DNA of 64,000 nt, taken from contig MESW01000002.1 of the NCBI GenBank assembly GCA_001771135.1, forward strand, positions 5,315-69,314, given 5' to 3'. This DNA is from a candidate division CPR3 bacterium GWF2_35_18. Lineage in GTDB: Bacteria; Patescibacteriota; CPR3; GWF2-35-18. The notes beneath the pieces were generated by a model. The model did no database searches. It was not told where the DNA came from and worked only from the letters and a program-made list of their open reading frames with translations. Made by a program: the position numbers and the translations under genes. This document shows positions 38,526 to 49,670 of this stretch, piece after piece (position 1 is the stretch's first letter; each line of letters begins with the position of its first letter).

Positions 38526-38819
38526 ATGTCGAATCAAAAGGAAATATACAATAAAATTGCGACCGCGATCATTCAAAAACAAGCCGAAATTATCGGGAGT
38601 AAAATTGCGATCAAAAAAGCCGAAAAAGTTCCGCAACTTGTTCTGGATGATCAAGGTGAGGTTTTTAATTTGGGTCTAGATCCTATTGTTACATTGGGGA
38701 ATTTAGTTAAGGAGTATATGCAGTTATCAGGAAGTGTGGCGATAAATTTTTCCAAAGAGGCGATTTCGAATATATTGCTTAACAATCCGGGAATTGAATT
38801 ACCCACGGAATTACAGTAG
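38526..38819 (+). CDS. Small conserved hypothetical protein (97 aa); paralog of 1887..2174
   Basis: About 40 % identity to 1887..2174. Confidence 0.6.
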   Translation: MSNQKEIYNKIATAIIQKQAEIIGSKIAIKKAEKVPQLVLDDQGEVFNLGLDPIVTLGNLVKEYMQLSGSVAINFSKEAISNILLNNPGIELPTELQ

Positions 38820-38847
38820 TGGAGTTTCATAACAAGGTAATAAATGA

Positions 38848-38882
38848 AGAGAGCTCCGACAAAAGTCGGAGCTCTCTTTTTT
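38848..38882. terminator. Bidirectional rho-independent terminator
   Basis: AGAGAGCTCCGAC-AAAA-GTCGGAGCTCTCT followed by TTTTTT. Lies between convergent genes. Confidence 0.7.
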
Positions 38883-38909
38883 AAGATCCTAATAGCTTTT
38901 ATTTTTAAT

Positions 38910-40664
38910 TTACAGGGTTACCTGAATCTGATTGCTATAAGTCCCACATTTTCCAAGCAAATATTCACAAACTCGGACATAATACTTTCCATTCCCGGAA
39001 AAAGCTTCTAAAACATCTGTTGAAGTTTCAGGGTTATTGTAGTAGTGATATTTATCCCCTTGACGGTTTGGATATACTGGATTGGTATTCTTTGACCACA
39101 CGACCTTGAATCCGTATTGTGCTTCACCTGTTGCCACCCAGGAAACATTTTTCCCGGTTCCACTTAAGACAATTGAGGTTACTTGAGAAACTGGTTCCTC
39201 TTTCTCTTCTTCAACCTCTTTGATAGTTGTGATGGTAATCATATTACTATAAACCCCACAGGCGCCATTACCATCGTATTGACAGACTCTGACATTATAA
39301 GTTTTTCCGTCTTTGACACTCCAAGTATAGGTGTAGGGATTTGTTTTAGATTCTCCGGAAAGATATGAATAATCACTTCCAGGGTAGGTTGGTGTTCCGG
39401 TTTCAGACTTTACCACCTTGAATCCTTTAGTAACATCTAAATTCGTAACGGTCCAGCTTAGGTTCATTCCATATTGATTAGCCTTACCGTTTAGACTAAT
39501 TGATCCATTTTGATTCTGATTTTCATTCTCTTCCTGATTTTGTGTTTCTCCATTATTTTCTTCCTGTTCTTGTTCTTGAGCGTTGCGAATGATTTTTAAT
39601 TCTTTAGTTGCAGTATTATAGGCTTGATCTTTTACCATGATCGTAATGATATTTTCTCCTAAGGTCAGAGCAACTTCTTCTTCAAAATTACCTTCCTTAT
39701 TTTCAGTTATTTCACCATTAACTTTTATTAATGCTTCTTTCTCAGTAGTTCCTTTTATGGTGATTGTTTCTTCAGTCGTAGTATTTTCAGTAGGGGAGGT
39801 AATGATAATTTCTGGAGCGGTAATATCATCTAGAATTCCGGTGTCTTCACCATTCTCCTCATCTTTTTCTTTGTTCCAGACCAGGAAATCATCATTTTTA
39901 AGAGAATCTTTGGAGATCTCTTCAATGGCTAATTTTTCAGATTCAATCTCGAAAGTCGCTTTTTCACCTTCACTGATTTCGGTATTATTCTTGTTTAATT
40001 TAACTTTACTTTCAATAACATTAACGGTGATATTTTTTTCCTCTTTTGAAACCGTATAAGCTGTTCCTTGTGCGGTAGCTTCGAGATCTCCCGCTTTGAC
40101 AGTGTATTCGCGGCTTTCTGATTTTGCCACACGATGATACGATTCTCCCGATTCTTCGGTAATGAGTACTTCGTTGGCAGTCATTGAAGTGAGGGTAATT
40201 TCCGTTTCTTCTTGAAGTCTGATAGCTCCACCATCGTCAAGCTCGAGAATTGTTCGTGATGCAGCAGAGGTTTTGACACTATCTCCTTCAGAAAGAACGT
40301 CATCAACTTTAAGTTCTATCCACCGATCGGTTCCGGATGTCTTATAAAGAACATCACCATCAGCCAAAAGCACATTTGCTTTTAACTTGTGTGAAAAGCT
40401 ACTTTTATTTGCGGTTAGATTATAGATAGATAATCCGGCAACAAATAGGACCATAATAAGAGAAGTTGCTAAAGCAGCTGAAAACGGAGCAATTCCGATT
40501 TTTTCTTTTAAGTTCATAAAAAAACCTCCTTTAGGTTTGAGATAAACTTTGATTAATTGATCTTTAAGATCATCTTGAAATTGATCACTAAGCTGATTTT
40601 CTTTGAGATCTGAAAGTTTTGATTTTGCAAATAACCCATGGAGGGTTAAATCTTCTTTATTCAT
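38910..40664 (-). CDS. Membrane-anchored anti-sigma factor-like protein (FecR-like domain plus C-terminal Ig/FN3-like beta domains)
   Basis: Overlaps the ECF sigma gene by 4 nt. One TM helix, then a FecR-like segment (ANVLLADGDVLYKTSG...). An acidic linker and beta-rich C-terminal repeats. Confidence 0.58.
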   Translation of the reverse strand: MNKEDLTLHGLFAKSKLSDLKENQLSDQFQDDLKDQLIKVYLKPKGGFFMNLKEKIGIAPFSAALATSLIMVLFVAGLSIYNLTANKSSFSHKLKANVLLADGDVLYKTSGTDRWIELKVDDVLSEGDSVKTSAASRTILELDDGGAIRLQEETEITLTSMTANEVLITEESGESYHRVAKSESREYTVKAGDLEATAQGTAYTVSKEEKNITVNVIESKVKLNKNNTEISEGEKATFEIESEKLAIEEISKDSLKNDDFLVWNKEKDEENGEDTGILDDITAPEIIITSPTENTTTEETITIKGTTEKEALIKVNGEITENKEGNFEEEVALTLGENIITIMVKDQAYNTATKELKIIRNAQEQEQEENNGETQNQEENENQNQNGSISLNGKANQYGMNLSWTVTNLDVTKGFKVVKSETGTPTYPGSDYSYLSGESKTNPYTYTWSVKDGKTYNVRVCQYDGNGACGVYSNMITITTIKEVEEEKEEPVSQVTSIVLSGTGKNVSWVATGEAQYGFKVVWSKNTNPVYPNRQGDKYHYYNNPETSTDVLEAFSGNGKYYVRVCEYLLGKCGTYSNQIQVTL

Positions 40665-41230
40665 GATAGAATAACCTCCTTTTCTTTTGGGAAAAGGTTA
40701 ACATAGTGTTTTCTAAAAGCTTCAATACTGCGGTGTAGTTTTACATTCAAAGAATTTACGGTGATTCCTAGAATCTCGGCAATTTCGGGATTGCTAAGAT
40801 TTTCAAAAAATTTTAAAGCGAGTATCTGTTGGTAGTCTTCTTTAAGGTATTGTAATACTTGTCGTATTTGGTGATTATTATCAATTTTTTCTAAAATATC
40901 CGGATTTTTTGTTTCGGGAACATTTTTTATCTCGTCTAACGAAATTATCGCTTTATTTTTTTTGTAGTAATCACATAGTGAGTTGTGAGCAATTTTATAT
41001 AACCAGCTTCCAAAAGTGAAACCCTGGTATTTAAATTTATCTATTTTTTTCATGGCTTTCAAAAAAGTTTCCGAAGTGATATCTTCGGCTGTTTTTTTAT
41101 CTCCGACCCGGTTTAAAAGATAGCTGTAGATCTTGGGTAGGTAGTATTCGTACAGTTTAGAAAAAGCACTTAACGACTCTTTTGCCTTTTCTACCAGTAT
41201 TTTTTCTTCTGCGAGGGTAATTTTTTGCAT
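40661..41230 (-). CDS. ECF-type RNA polymerase sigma-70 factor
   Basis: Region 2 (YEYYLPKIYSYLLNRVGDKKTAEDITSETFLKAMKKIDKF) and region 4 (LSNPEIAEILGITVNSLNVKLHRSIEAF). The track start is a TTG, so I used the ATG at 41230. Confidence 0.85.
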   Translation of the reverse strand: MQKITLAEEKILVEKAKESLSAFSKLYEYYLPKIYSYLLNRVGDKKTAEDITSETFLKAMKKIDKFKYQGFTFGSWLYKIAHNSLCDYYKKNKAIISLDEIKNVPETKNPDILEKIDNNHQIRQVLQYLKEDYQQILALKFFENLSNPEIAEILGITVNSLNVKLHRSIEAFRKHYVNLFPKEKEVILS

Positions 41231-41366
41231 ATGTAAAATAATTACTATAAGTAACAACGATATCCTGGGATCTAAATTACAGTGTTTAAAGCTTAAAGTC
41301 AAAAATATAAAAATATATTTAGATACCTATCTTTACGAATGATATTTCATTTGTTAAACTGATATT

Positions 41367-43091
41367 ATGTCAAAAATTGATTTTACCTGGAAAATTGGCG
41401 GAGAAGCAGGTTTTGGAATCGCTTCCGCCGGTTTGATTTTTGCCAAAACTTTAAACCGATTAAACTATTATGTTTACGGTTACTTAGAATATCCTTCTTT
41501 AATTCGCGGTGGACATAATGTTTACGAGGTTCATGTTTCTGGTGAACCCGTTTATTCTCAAGAAAGACAGGTAGATCTTCTTGTCTGTTTAAATACCGAA
41601 ACCTTTAATCTGCATAAAAATGAGCTTAAAAAAGATGCGATTATTATATACGATCCTCTGAAAACTCAGGTAGAAGAGAGTGCTAACTACAAATTATATG
41701 CTGTAGAGGTCTCCAAAATTGTTAAAGAATTAGGCGGTCTCCCGGTTATGGAAAATAATCTTTTTGTCGGGATCTCCTTGGCTTTATTGCAAGCAGATAA
41801 AGAGGCTATTTTTGCAGTTGTTTCTGATATCTTCACTGATAAGGGAGAAGCGGTAATCTCTTTAAATGAAAAAATTATTGAAGCTGGTTACGATTTTGTT
41901 ACCGCTCATCCCTTTTCCTTTTCCCAAAAAATTGAAAAACTTGGAGAAAAGAACTCTTATGTTATGACTGGAAATGAAGCGATTTCTTTGGGAGCAATTG
42001 CTGCCGATTGCCGTTTATATGCTTCTTATCCGATGACTCCGGCTTCTTCAATTTTGCATATTCTAGCCGGTTACTCAAATACATCAAAGATGGTGGTGAA
42101 GCACGTAGGGGATGAAATAGAAGCTATCAATTTACTTGTAGGAGCTTCTTTTTCTGGAGTACGTTGTATGACTGGGACTTCCGGGGGAGGATTCGCACTT
42201 ATGAACGAAGGATTCGGACTAGCTGGAGTGACTGAAAGCGCTATGGTTTTAGTAATTTCACAACGACCTGGTCCAGCAACCGGTCTTCCTACTTGGACAG
42301 GGCAAGCCGACTTACAATTTGTGATTCATGCGGCACAAGACGAATTTCCACGTATCGTTTTAGCTCCAGGAGATGCTGAGGAAGCGTATAATCTGACTCA
42401 AGAAGCTTTTAATCTGGCAGATAAATATCAAACACCGGTTTTTGTACTTTCTGATAAATATTTGAGCGAAGGATTGTATTACTTGCAGAAGGAAAATTTA
42501 CAAAAGTTTCCGATTAATAGAGGGAAGTTGATCCCTAATGAAGAAATTAAGAACCAAACGAACTTCCTTCGTTATGCGGTTACAAAAGATGGTATTTCCC
42601 CTCGGTCTGTAGCCGGACAAGAGAATGGTGAATACCTTGCGAATTCTTATGAACATGATGAAAGAGGTTTTGCCACTGAAGATGCTATTGTTGTCAAAAA
42701 TCAAAAAGACAAACGTCAACAAAAATCTTTAAATTATTTAGATAATGATTTTGTCGGCCCATCTTTTTATGGGAATAAAGAAGCAGAATTAACCATAATT
42801 TCTTGGGGTTCAACCAAAGCTCCAGTTTTGGAGGCGATGAAAAATTTAGGCGATAAAGTTAACTTTATGCATTTTCATCATGTTTATCCTCTCAATTCAC
42901 AGCTTTTGAGTAAAATATTATCTCAAACGAAAAAATCACTGCTTCTGGAGGGAAATGGAACAGGACAATTTGGATTACTACTTCGTGAGCAAACCGGATG
43001 GCAATCCACTCATTTAATGTTGAAATATGATGGCCGACCGTTTTATCCGGAAGAAATTCAAGCTAAAATTAAAGAGATATTGGGAAATTAA
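41367..43091 (+). CDS. korA: 2-oxoacid:ferredoxin oxidoreductase alpha subunit (KorA/VorA-like)
   Basis: 574 aa. Pyruvate-flavodoxin/ferredoxin oxidoreductase domain order, with GEAGFG and conserved core blocks. Immediately followed by a TPP-binding beta subunit. Confidence 0.82.
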   Translation: MSKIDFTWKIGGEAGFGIASAGLIFAKTLNRLNYYVYGYLEYPSLIRGGHNVYEVHVSGEPVYSQERQVDLLVCLNTETFNLHKNELKKDAIIIYDPLKTQVEESANYKLYAVEVSKIVKELGGLPVMENNLFVGISLALLQADKEAIFAVVSDIFTDKGEAVISLNEKIIEAGYDFVTAHPFSFSQKIEKLGEKNSYVMTGNEAISLGAIAADCRLYASYPMTPASSILHILAGYSNTSKMVVKHVGDEIEAINLLVGASFSGVRCMTGTSGGGFALMNEGFGLAGVTESAMVLVISQRPGPATGLPTWTGQADLQFVIHAAQDEFPRIVLAPGDAEEAYNLTQEAFNLADKYQTPVFVLSDKYLSEGLYYLQKENLQKFPINRGKLIPNEEIKNQTNFLRYAVTKDGISPRSVAGQENGEYLANSYEHDERGFATEDAIVVKNQKDKRQQKSLNYLDNDFVGPSFYGNKEAELTIISWGSTKAPVLEAMKNLGDKVNFMHFHHVYPLNSQLLSKILSQTKKSLLLEGNGTGQFGLLLREQTGWQSTHLMLKYDGRPFYPEEIQAKIKEILGN

Positions 43092-43095
43092 TTTT

Positions 43096-43953
43096 ATGGT
43101 CAAACAAGCTAACGATTACAATACAACTATTCGTCCTACCTGGTGTCCAGGATGTGGTAATTTTGGCATCTGGGCGGCAATTAAAAATGTTCTTGCCTCC
43201 AAAAATTGGGAAGGACATAATTACGTGATCGTGTATGGAGTAGGTTGTTCTGGTAACATGGCTGATTTTATCGGTGGATATGGTTTACACTCATTACATG
43301 GACGTTCTCTTCCCAATGCAGAAGGAATTAAGTTGGGAAATCATAATCTCCCGGTTATTTGTGTTGCCGGAGATGGTGACACCTATGGAGAGGCTGGGAA
43401 TCATCTTATTCATGCTGCTCGTGCAAATCATGATATTACTTTAATTGTGCATGATAATCGGATTTATGGACTGACAACCGGACAGGCTTCACCTACATCC
43501 GAACATGGATTCAAAGCAAAATCAACTCCCAATGGTTTGATTGAATATCCCGTAAATGGTTTAGCGCTGGCAATCTCTGAGGGAGCTACTTTTGTGGCTC
43601 AAGGTTTTGCCGGAGAGTTACAACATTTGACCGAAGTTATCAAAAAAGCAGTTGATCATAAAGGGTTTTCGATTGTAAATGTTTTTCAGCCTTGTGTGAC
43701 CTGGAATAAATTAGATACCTTTGCATACTTCAAGGAACATACTTATAAACTTGAAGAGGATAAGCATGATCGTCATAGTAAGATTAAAGCGATTGAGTTA
43801 ACTCTAGATAGAGAGAGATTACCTCTGGGAGTTTTGTATGAAGAAGAAAGGCCTGCTTATCACGAGCAGGAAGCTTCTTTACAGGAAGGAACTCTCATTT
43901 CAAGAAAAGATTATTCAGATTCGGTTACTGAGCTTTTTAAGGATTTCCGATAA
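43096..43953 (+). CDS. korB: 2-oxoacid:ferredoxin oxidoreductase beta subunit (TPP-binding, KorB-like)
   Basis: WCPGCGNFG and a TPP-binding GDG...N motif (VAGDGDTYGEAGNHLIHAARANHDITLIVHDN). I used the ATG at 43096; the track ORF started upstream. Confidence 0.82.
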   Translation: MVKQANDYNTTIRPTWCPGCGNFGIWAAIKNVLASKNWEGHNYVIVYGVGCSGNMADFIGGYGLHSLHGRSLPNAEGIKLGNHNLPVICVAGDGDTYGEAGNHLIHAARANHDITLIVHDNRIYGLTTGQASPTSEHGFKAKSTPNGLIEYPVNGLALAISEGATFVAQGFAGELQHLTEVIKKAVDHKGFSIVNVFQPCVTWNKLDTFAYFKEHTYKLEEDKHDRHSKIKAIELTLDRERLPLGVLYEEERPAYHEQEASLQEGTLISRKDYSDSVTELFKDFR

Positions 43954-44075
43954 CATCTTTTCTTTCATTACCTGCTTTTCAATTCGATAATCAAAGCTGG
44001 ATATCCTGATTCTTCTATATATTTTGTAAGAAAATCTCCAAAAACTATTTTCGAAAGTAATGATTTGAATTTGGG

Positions 44076-45827
44076 CTATTCAAGTTTTAATTCCTTTCCT
44101 TGCTCCATGATAGTAAGAATATTTTTGACCTGTGTATCTGGATATAATTGATAAGTGATTCGGATATATTTTAAGCCTTCTGTAATCTTTCCGGTTTGAT
44201 ATAAAGAAATCGCCAAAGTATAGTTAAGTTTTAAGTTATATGGTCGATATTTGATTTGTTCTTCACAAAAGGTGATTACCTCAGAGTATTTTTTCTGACG
44301 GAAATAGAGGGAAGCAAGATTTTCAACCGCCAGATAGTAATCACCATTTTCAAGGGTCTTTTTATAGAGTTTTTCGGCTTCTTCTTCATCTCCTAATCTT
44401 TCGTAAATCACTCCGAGATTGCTATAGTTTGTAGTCCAGTTTGGAGCCAAAGCAATCGAATTTTCAAAATGGATCTTGGCTTCATCTTTTTTTCCACTAC
44501 GAAAAAGCTCTACTCCGTAGTTGTTTTGAAGATCAAAAGCCTCGGGGTTTAACTGAATATCATTAGTATATAAGGTTAAGCCGTTTTTCCAATTCTGATT
44601 TCTGATAATAGTTCGACCGGTAAGAAGAATGAGGATCGCTCCTAATATAAACGTGAGGAATAGTTTTCCGGATTCCTTTTTAACCTTCATCTTTGTAAAT
44701 ATTGTTGCTATCATTCCGAAGATTCCGATGATTGGGAAATAGAACCATCTTTCTGCTACTGTCATGTCCAGAGGAAACAGATTGAGAACTAAGGATAAAG
44801 AAAAACAGGTCCAGAGTAAAAAGAAAAGAAAAAGCTTGTCTTTTTGCAGTAATTTTATCCAGGTGTAGAGGATAACAATTGTAACGACAACTAGGATTGT
44901 TAGTATTCCCCAAAAATGCGGTTCAGTAATTTGTTTGACGACAAAATGTTGGGAAATAAATAAGTCTTTCGGAAAGAAAAAAAGACGTAGGTATGAAAAT
45001 AGTTCATAAGGTATTGTAATAATTCGTTCAAATAAAGAAGCTTGGGCAATCGGGACCACATGAGAACTTCCTAAGGACACCTTCGCGACAATAAAGCGTA
45101 AAAACAGATAAAAAAGTACGCTCGGAAAAGCCGAGAGAATCGGAAAAAGAATTTTTGGCCGAGCGAAAAGAAAGAAATAAAGAACAATAATCGGAATAAC
45201 GGTAATGGCTGACTCTTTCCCTATTAATCCCAGGAATAGAAAGAGAGAAAAGAGTAACCAATTAGATAGTTTATTATTTTCAAGATATTTTAGGGCAAAA
45301 ATAAAGGTAAGGAGACTAAAAAAAGTATAAATAACCTCTTGCGTGCTAGAAAGATAAGACACCGCTTCAGAGATTCCCGGATGTACGGTAAAAAATAGGG
45401 CAATTATAAAAGCCAGCATTTTACTATTTACTATTCTCTGAGATTCAAAAATCTTTATTAGAAGTTTAAAAAGTAGAATTGCATTAAGAAAGTGGAGGGT
45501 AATTTGAAAAAGATGGAAACCAAAGGCGTTATCACCCCAAATTGCAAAGTTGATCATAAAAGATAAGGGCATTAAAGGTTTGTAGTAGAGGCCAGATAGT
45601 GAGTCAGATCCAGCGGTATTGAACGTACTTCCACCAAAAAGATAGGGGAGATTTTCAATGTTTTGAATCAAAGTGTTATTTACAATTTGTTCTTCATCAT
45701 CCCAAACAAATCCATTTACTAGCGTATTTCCATAAGTAAGAAAACCGATGATAAAGATAATGAGAGAAAGTTTGAAAAAACTTAAGGTTTTTATTTTTGT
45801 AATGACAATTTGCAGGAATCTCGTCAT
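44076..45827 (-). CDS. TMTC/PMT-like membrane glycosyltransferase (DUF1736-type) with C-terminal TPR repeats
   Basis: N-terminal YGNTLVNGFVWDDEEQIVNN (the GNxxxNxFVxDD hallmark). More than 10 TM segments. C-terminal TPR repeats. Confidence 0.68.
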   Translation of the reverse strand: MTRFLQIVITKIKTLSFFKLSLIIFIIGFLTYGNTLVNGFVWDDEEQIVNNTLIQNIENLPYLFGGSTFNTAGSDSLSGLYYKPLMPLSFMINFAIWGDNAFGFHLFQITLHFLNAILLFKLLIKIFESQRIVNSKMLAFIIALFFTVHPGISEAVSYLSSTQEVIYTFFSLLTFIFALKYLENNKLSNWLLFSLFLFLGLIGKESAITVIPIIVLYFFLFARPKILFPILSAFPSVLFYLFLRFIVAKVSLGSSHVVPIAQASLFERIITIPYELFSYLRLFFFPKDLFISQHFVVKQITEPHFWGILTILVVVTIVILYTWIKLLQKDKLFLFFLLWTCFSLSLVLNLFPLDMTVAERWFYFPIIGIFGMIATIFTKMKVKKESGKLFLTFILGAILILLTGRTIIRNQNWKNGLTLYTNDIQLNPEAFDLQNNYGVELFRSGKKDEAKIHFENSIALAPNWTTNYSNLGVIYERLGDEEEAEKLYKKTLENGDYYLAVENLASLYFRQKKYSEVITFCEEQIKYRPYNLKLNYTLAISLYQTGKITEGLKYIRITYQLYPDTQVKNILTIMEQGKELKLE

Positions 45828-45984
45828 GTAAGTTATTATATCCGAACTACTTTGATTTGTAACTGAAGATATTGTTATTTTGGAAAACAGTTATATATAC
45901 GTTATTTATTGACTTCTGAAAAAATAGTTGATACTTTTAATATGGTTTGAAATTTAATATTCTTTTTTCAAAAGGAGCCCCATT

Positions 45985-48900
45985 ATGAAGCTGCCTTCTT
46001 TTTCCAGAATCTCTCTTCGGAGATTATTTTCAGTTATCAGTATTTCATCATTAATAATTGGGACTCTATATTTTGGTAGTGGTCAAAGTAAAGCAGCTTC
46101 CACAATTTCTATTGTTTCTTCTTCAGCGACTAAAGGGGCAACAGTTAATTATGAAATTACGTTAACCTCATCGGTTACTATTCCACAGTTCTCGTATTTG
46201 AATATCTCACTGCGTGGTAATGGTCCTATGGAAGAAGGTTACGCCGCAGATTTCAGCTCTGCAATAATGACCTCTTTTTCTCCAAACGGAAAAGGTGAAT
46301 TTGATGATCAAAATTCACAAAGTGGAAATGTTGGAATAATTATTACTCAAGAGATTACTGCAAACACCGAAATTACCATTAATCTTTCTAATGTGAAAAA
46401 TCCAACTCAATCAGGACTCTATACTCCGGTTTTTGATGTGAACAATCAAGAGAATAAACTTCTTGAAGTTATGGGGCAACCACTTGTAATCGGTAATCTA
46501 AAAGTCCAAGGAAAAATCGAAGATCCTCTTGGTAATCCGGCTGCATATACAGGTTTAGGGTTAACAAATGAAACAAGTAATTACCAGGGAAATACAGGAG
46601 AAGATGGTTCTTTTGGATTTTTTGATATTCCAGCGGGAAATTATCAGCTACAGATTTATCTAGGGCCAGGAAGTCAATATATCTCTCCAGATCCTCAAGA
46701 AATTACGGTGGGTAACGGAGTAACTAATGTCGGAATTATTGCACTTGTTTCTCCTAGTAAACTTGTAACAGGTAAAGTTACTTATCCAGATGGTTCTCCA
46801 GTGACAACTGCTTCTGTAAATGCAAACCGACGTGGTGCTCCAGGGTGGTATGGATCAAATACTAATGCACAAGGTAATTTTAGCCTAGGTCTTCCTGGAG
46901 GCGAATTTGAAATAATGCTTAATCCTCAGTGGGGTCCAGAAGGACAACTTTCTGTTGATTGGGCTTATATGGGTAGACCAGTTACAATAGCTTTTGCCAA
47001 TGATACTATTTCTGAAACAAAATCAGGGGTAAATTTTCAAGTAGTAAATGCTTCTTCGGTTGTAAAGGGAAAAGTGGTTGATCCTGATGGAGTAGCTGTA
47101 TCTCAAGGTGGGGTAGATGTTCGTAATAAAGAAGGTCAAGGTAGCTCCGGTGGCTTTAACAATCAAGGTGTTTTTAGTATCAACGTTCCTGCAGGTAAAT
47201 ATAATATAAATGTTTTTGCAAATGATCAAAGCTTAGCTGTGCCTCCGATGGAATCATTTACAGTTGCTGAAGATCAAACCAAAGATTTAGGAACAATTAC
47301 TCTGGTTAGAAAAACTGCACATATAAAAGGAAAAGTCGTAGATGAAGATAATCAGGGAATTGCTGAAGTACAAATTAATGCTTGGCAATCGAGCACTGGT
47401 GGTGGATGGGGAAATACTCAGACAAATGGACAAGGAACATTTGATCTTTTAGTCTCGAGTGGTACGTGGGAAATAAATGCCATGCCTACTCCTGATCAGG
47501 ATTATGCTATGGCAGGTGGTCCTCCTACTAGAATAACTTTAGGAACAACAGATACCGTTACCGGTGTCAACTTCCATTTAATAACGGCTGACGCTACCAT
47601 TATTGGACAAGTTGTCGATAGTAATAATCAATTATTGGGGAATATCTATGGTTACGCTGAAGCAAGAAGTGCCTCTAAAGAAGAGATGCCAATGCCTGGG
47701 ATGGGAAGTTCTATTCAAAATGGTCAATTTACTCTCAAAGTTCCGGCTGGTACATATGAAGTGAGTGCGATGTTTGAACCGGGATCTCCATATACTTCCT
47801 TAAGTAGTGAAATGGTTACTGTTGCTTCCCAAGAAACTGAAAACGTTTTAGTCGTAGTACGAGAAGACGATGCTACTATTTCCGGATTTGTTTATGACGA
47901 AGAAGGAAATAAAATCACTGGTCAAAGAATAGATGTTTTTGGTTTTAATGATGAGAACTCTCAAAAGATGACGATGGTTGATGAAGAAACAGGGGGATAC
48001 ACTTTGGGTGTTCTTGGTGGATCAACTTGGTTTTTAGGTGTATATATTGATTCACAATCTGGATATGTAATGGTTCCACCAGATAATAATAAAATTACGC
48101 TTGAAGTTGGTGATACCGCAACTAAAGATTTTACTTTACTCACTGCCAATGCAACTCTTTCTGGAACTGTTTTGGATCCTGACGGAAATCCACTTCCAAA
48201 TGTATATGTTTTTATTGATTCAAAAGCAATTGATGATGGGACTGTATTAGGAGCGAGTAGTGTTCGGAGTGGAGAACCAGTTGGCGGTCCAGGTGATGTT
48301 TTAGGAGTTAATGACCATGTTGGAGGACCTGGAGATAATGGTGATGAGGGACCGGGAGTTCATTTTGGAGATCTTACTCGTTCAGACGGGACTTTTATAA
48401 TCTCTATTCCAGCGGGTACTTATGGTCTTGGATCTGGTGCTCCTTCCTCACTAGGATTTATCTCTCCAGGAATTCAAAAAGTCACAATTGAAAAAGATGA
48501 GGAAATTACTGATTTGGTTTTACAATACAAGGAATCGGATGCTCAAATTACAGGTTCAGTTTATTTAAATGGAGAAAAATCTTCCGCTTTTGTTTGGGCC
48601 TGGTCAGAATCAGGTGGTTTCTCTGGTAACTTTACATCAAGCGGGGATTTTACTTTAAATGTTACTCAAGGTGATATATGGCATATTGGTGCTGATTTTG
48701 ATACCAGCGAGCATTTTTACCGTTCAGATGAATATATTGTAGAGGTTGACTCAGAAATAGAAACTCAGGATCTTGTGTTACAAGAAGCTTCGTATACTAT
48801 GCCAGCATCAATTTCTCAGACCTTTGATGCTTCTACTCCCAAGGTTCTTACTTTGGATAATGGAATGACGATCACTATTCCAGCAGGAGCGTTGGCAACT

Positions 48901-49638
48901 GAAGGAAATGTAACTGTAACTGTAACTCCAACAGCAAGATTAGCAAAACAAAAATCTGCTAAACCCCTTGCCTTTGGATATGAACTTAAAGCTTATAATT
49001 CTTCCGGTCAAGAAATAACAACTGCTTTTAACTCAAGCGTTAATATTGTGATGCCTTATACTGAAGAGATGTTGGCAGAGATGGGTATTACCGAAGATGA
49101 TCTATCCGGTGCTTATTGGGATGATACTTCAACCTTATGGCAAGGAATTGAAAGCTATGTTGTTGATCAAGATAATAACAGAATTACTTTAACTGTTGAT
49201 CACTTCACAAGTTTTGCTTTGGTGACTGGAGCCTCTGATACTATCCCAGCAGCAGCGCCAACATCTGTTACAGTAACTGATCCTGAAACTGGTGGAGTGT
49301 TAAACATCGCTTGGGTTAATCCCATAGACACTGACTTTGAGGATATTAGAGTTTATCGCTCTACGGTTTTAGGAACGATTGGTGATTTGGTTACCAACAT
49401 TACCGATAGCAATACAAGTTATTCTGATACAAGTTTAACCAACGGAACAACATACTATTACACTGTTCGTTCTGTTGATGCTGCAGGAAACGAATCGTAT
49501 AACACGGATCAGTATTCAGGTGTTCCAACTCAAGCGCTAACAGAACTTCCAGAAACTGGATTAAGTATGCTAGTTCTAAAAGATTTGATCACAAAGTTAG
49601 TAAATATTATCTGGAATTTAGTTGGATTTGTCTTTTAA
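45985..49638 (+). CDS. Giant (1217 aa) cell-surface protein with repeated CarboxypepD_reg-like beta-sandwich domains, an FN3-like domain and a C-terminal LPXTG sortase sorting signal
   Basis: AAAGGAG RBS. Signal peptide. Repeats of GKV.DPDG...VPAG.Y.. motifs. The C-terminus is LPETG followed by a hydrophobic tail. Confidence 0.75.
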   Translation: MKLPSFSRISLRRLFSVISISSLIIGTLYFGSGQSKAASTISIVSSSATKGATVNYEITLTSSVTIPQFSYLNISLRGNGPMEEGYAADFSSAIMTSFSPNGKGEFDDQNSQSGNVGIIITQEITANTEITINLSNVKNPTQSGLYTPVFDVNNQENKLLEVMGQPLVIGNLKVQGKIEDPLGNPAAYTGLGLTNETSNYQGNTGEDGSFGFFDIPAGNYQLQIYLGPGSQYISPDPQEITVGNGVTNVGIIALVSPSKLVTGKVTYPDGSPVTTASVNANRRGAPGWYGSNTNAQGNFSLGLPGGEFEIMLNPQWGPEGQLSVDWAYMGRPVTIAFANDTISETKSGVNFQVVNASSVVKGKVVDPDGVAVSQGGVDVRNKEGQGSSGGFNNQGVFSINVPAGKYNINVFANDQSLAVPPMESFTVAEDQTKDLGTITLVRKTAHIKGKVVDEDNQGIAEVQINAWQSSTGGGWGNTQTNGQGTFDLLVSSGTWEINAMPTPDQDYAMAGGPPTRITLGTTDTVTGVNFHLITADATIIGQVVDSNNQLLGNIYGYAEARSASKEEMPMPGMGSSIQNGQFTLKVPAGTYEVSAMFEPGSPYTSLSSEMVTVASQETENVLVVVREDDATISGFVYDEEGNKITGQRIDVFGFNDENSQKMTMVDEETGGYTLGVLGGSTWFLGVYIDSQSGYVMVPPDNNKITLEVGDTATKDFTLLTANATLSGTVLDPDGNPLPNVYVFIDSKAIDDGTVLGASSVRSGEPVGGPGDVLGVNDHVGGPGDNGDEGPGVHFGDLTRSDGTFIISIPAGTYGLGSGAPSSLGFISPGIQKVTIEKDEEITDLVLQYKESDAQITGSVYLNGEKSSAFVWAWSESGGFSGNFTSSGDFTLNVTQGDIWHIGADFDTSEHFYRSDEYIVEVDSEIETQDLVLQEASYTMPASISQTFDASTPKVLTLDNGMTITIPAGALATEGNVTVTVTPTARLAKQKSAKPLAFGYELKAYNSSGQEITTAFNSSVNIVMPYTEEMLAEMGITEDDLSGAYWDDTSTLWQGIESYVVDQDNNRITLTVDHFTSFALVTGASDTIPAAAPTSVTVTDPETGGVLNIAWVNPIDTDFEDIRVYRSTVLGTIGDLVTNITDSNTSYSDTSLTNGTTYYYTVRSVDAAGNESYNTDQYSGVPTQALTELPETGLSMLVLKDLITKLVNIIWNLVGFVF

Positions 49639-49670
49639 TTATAAGGGTTAAGAAAATGTTTTTAATTAAA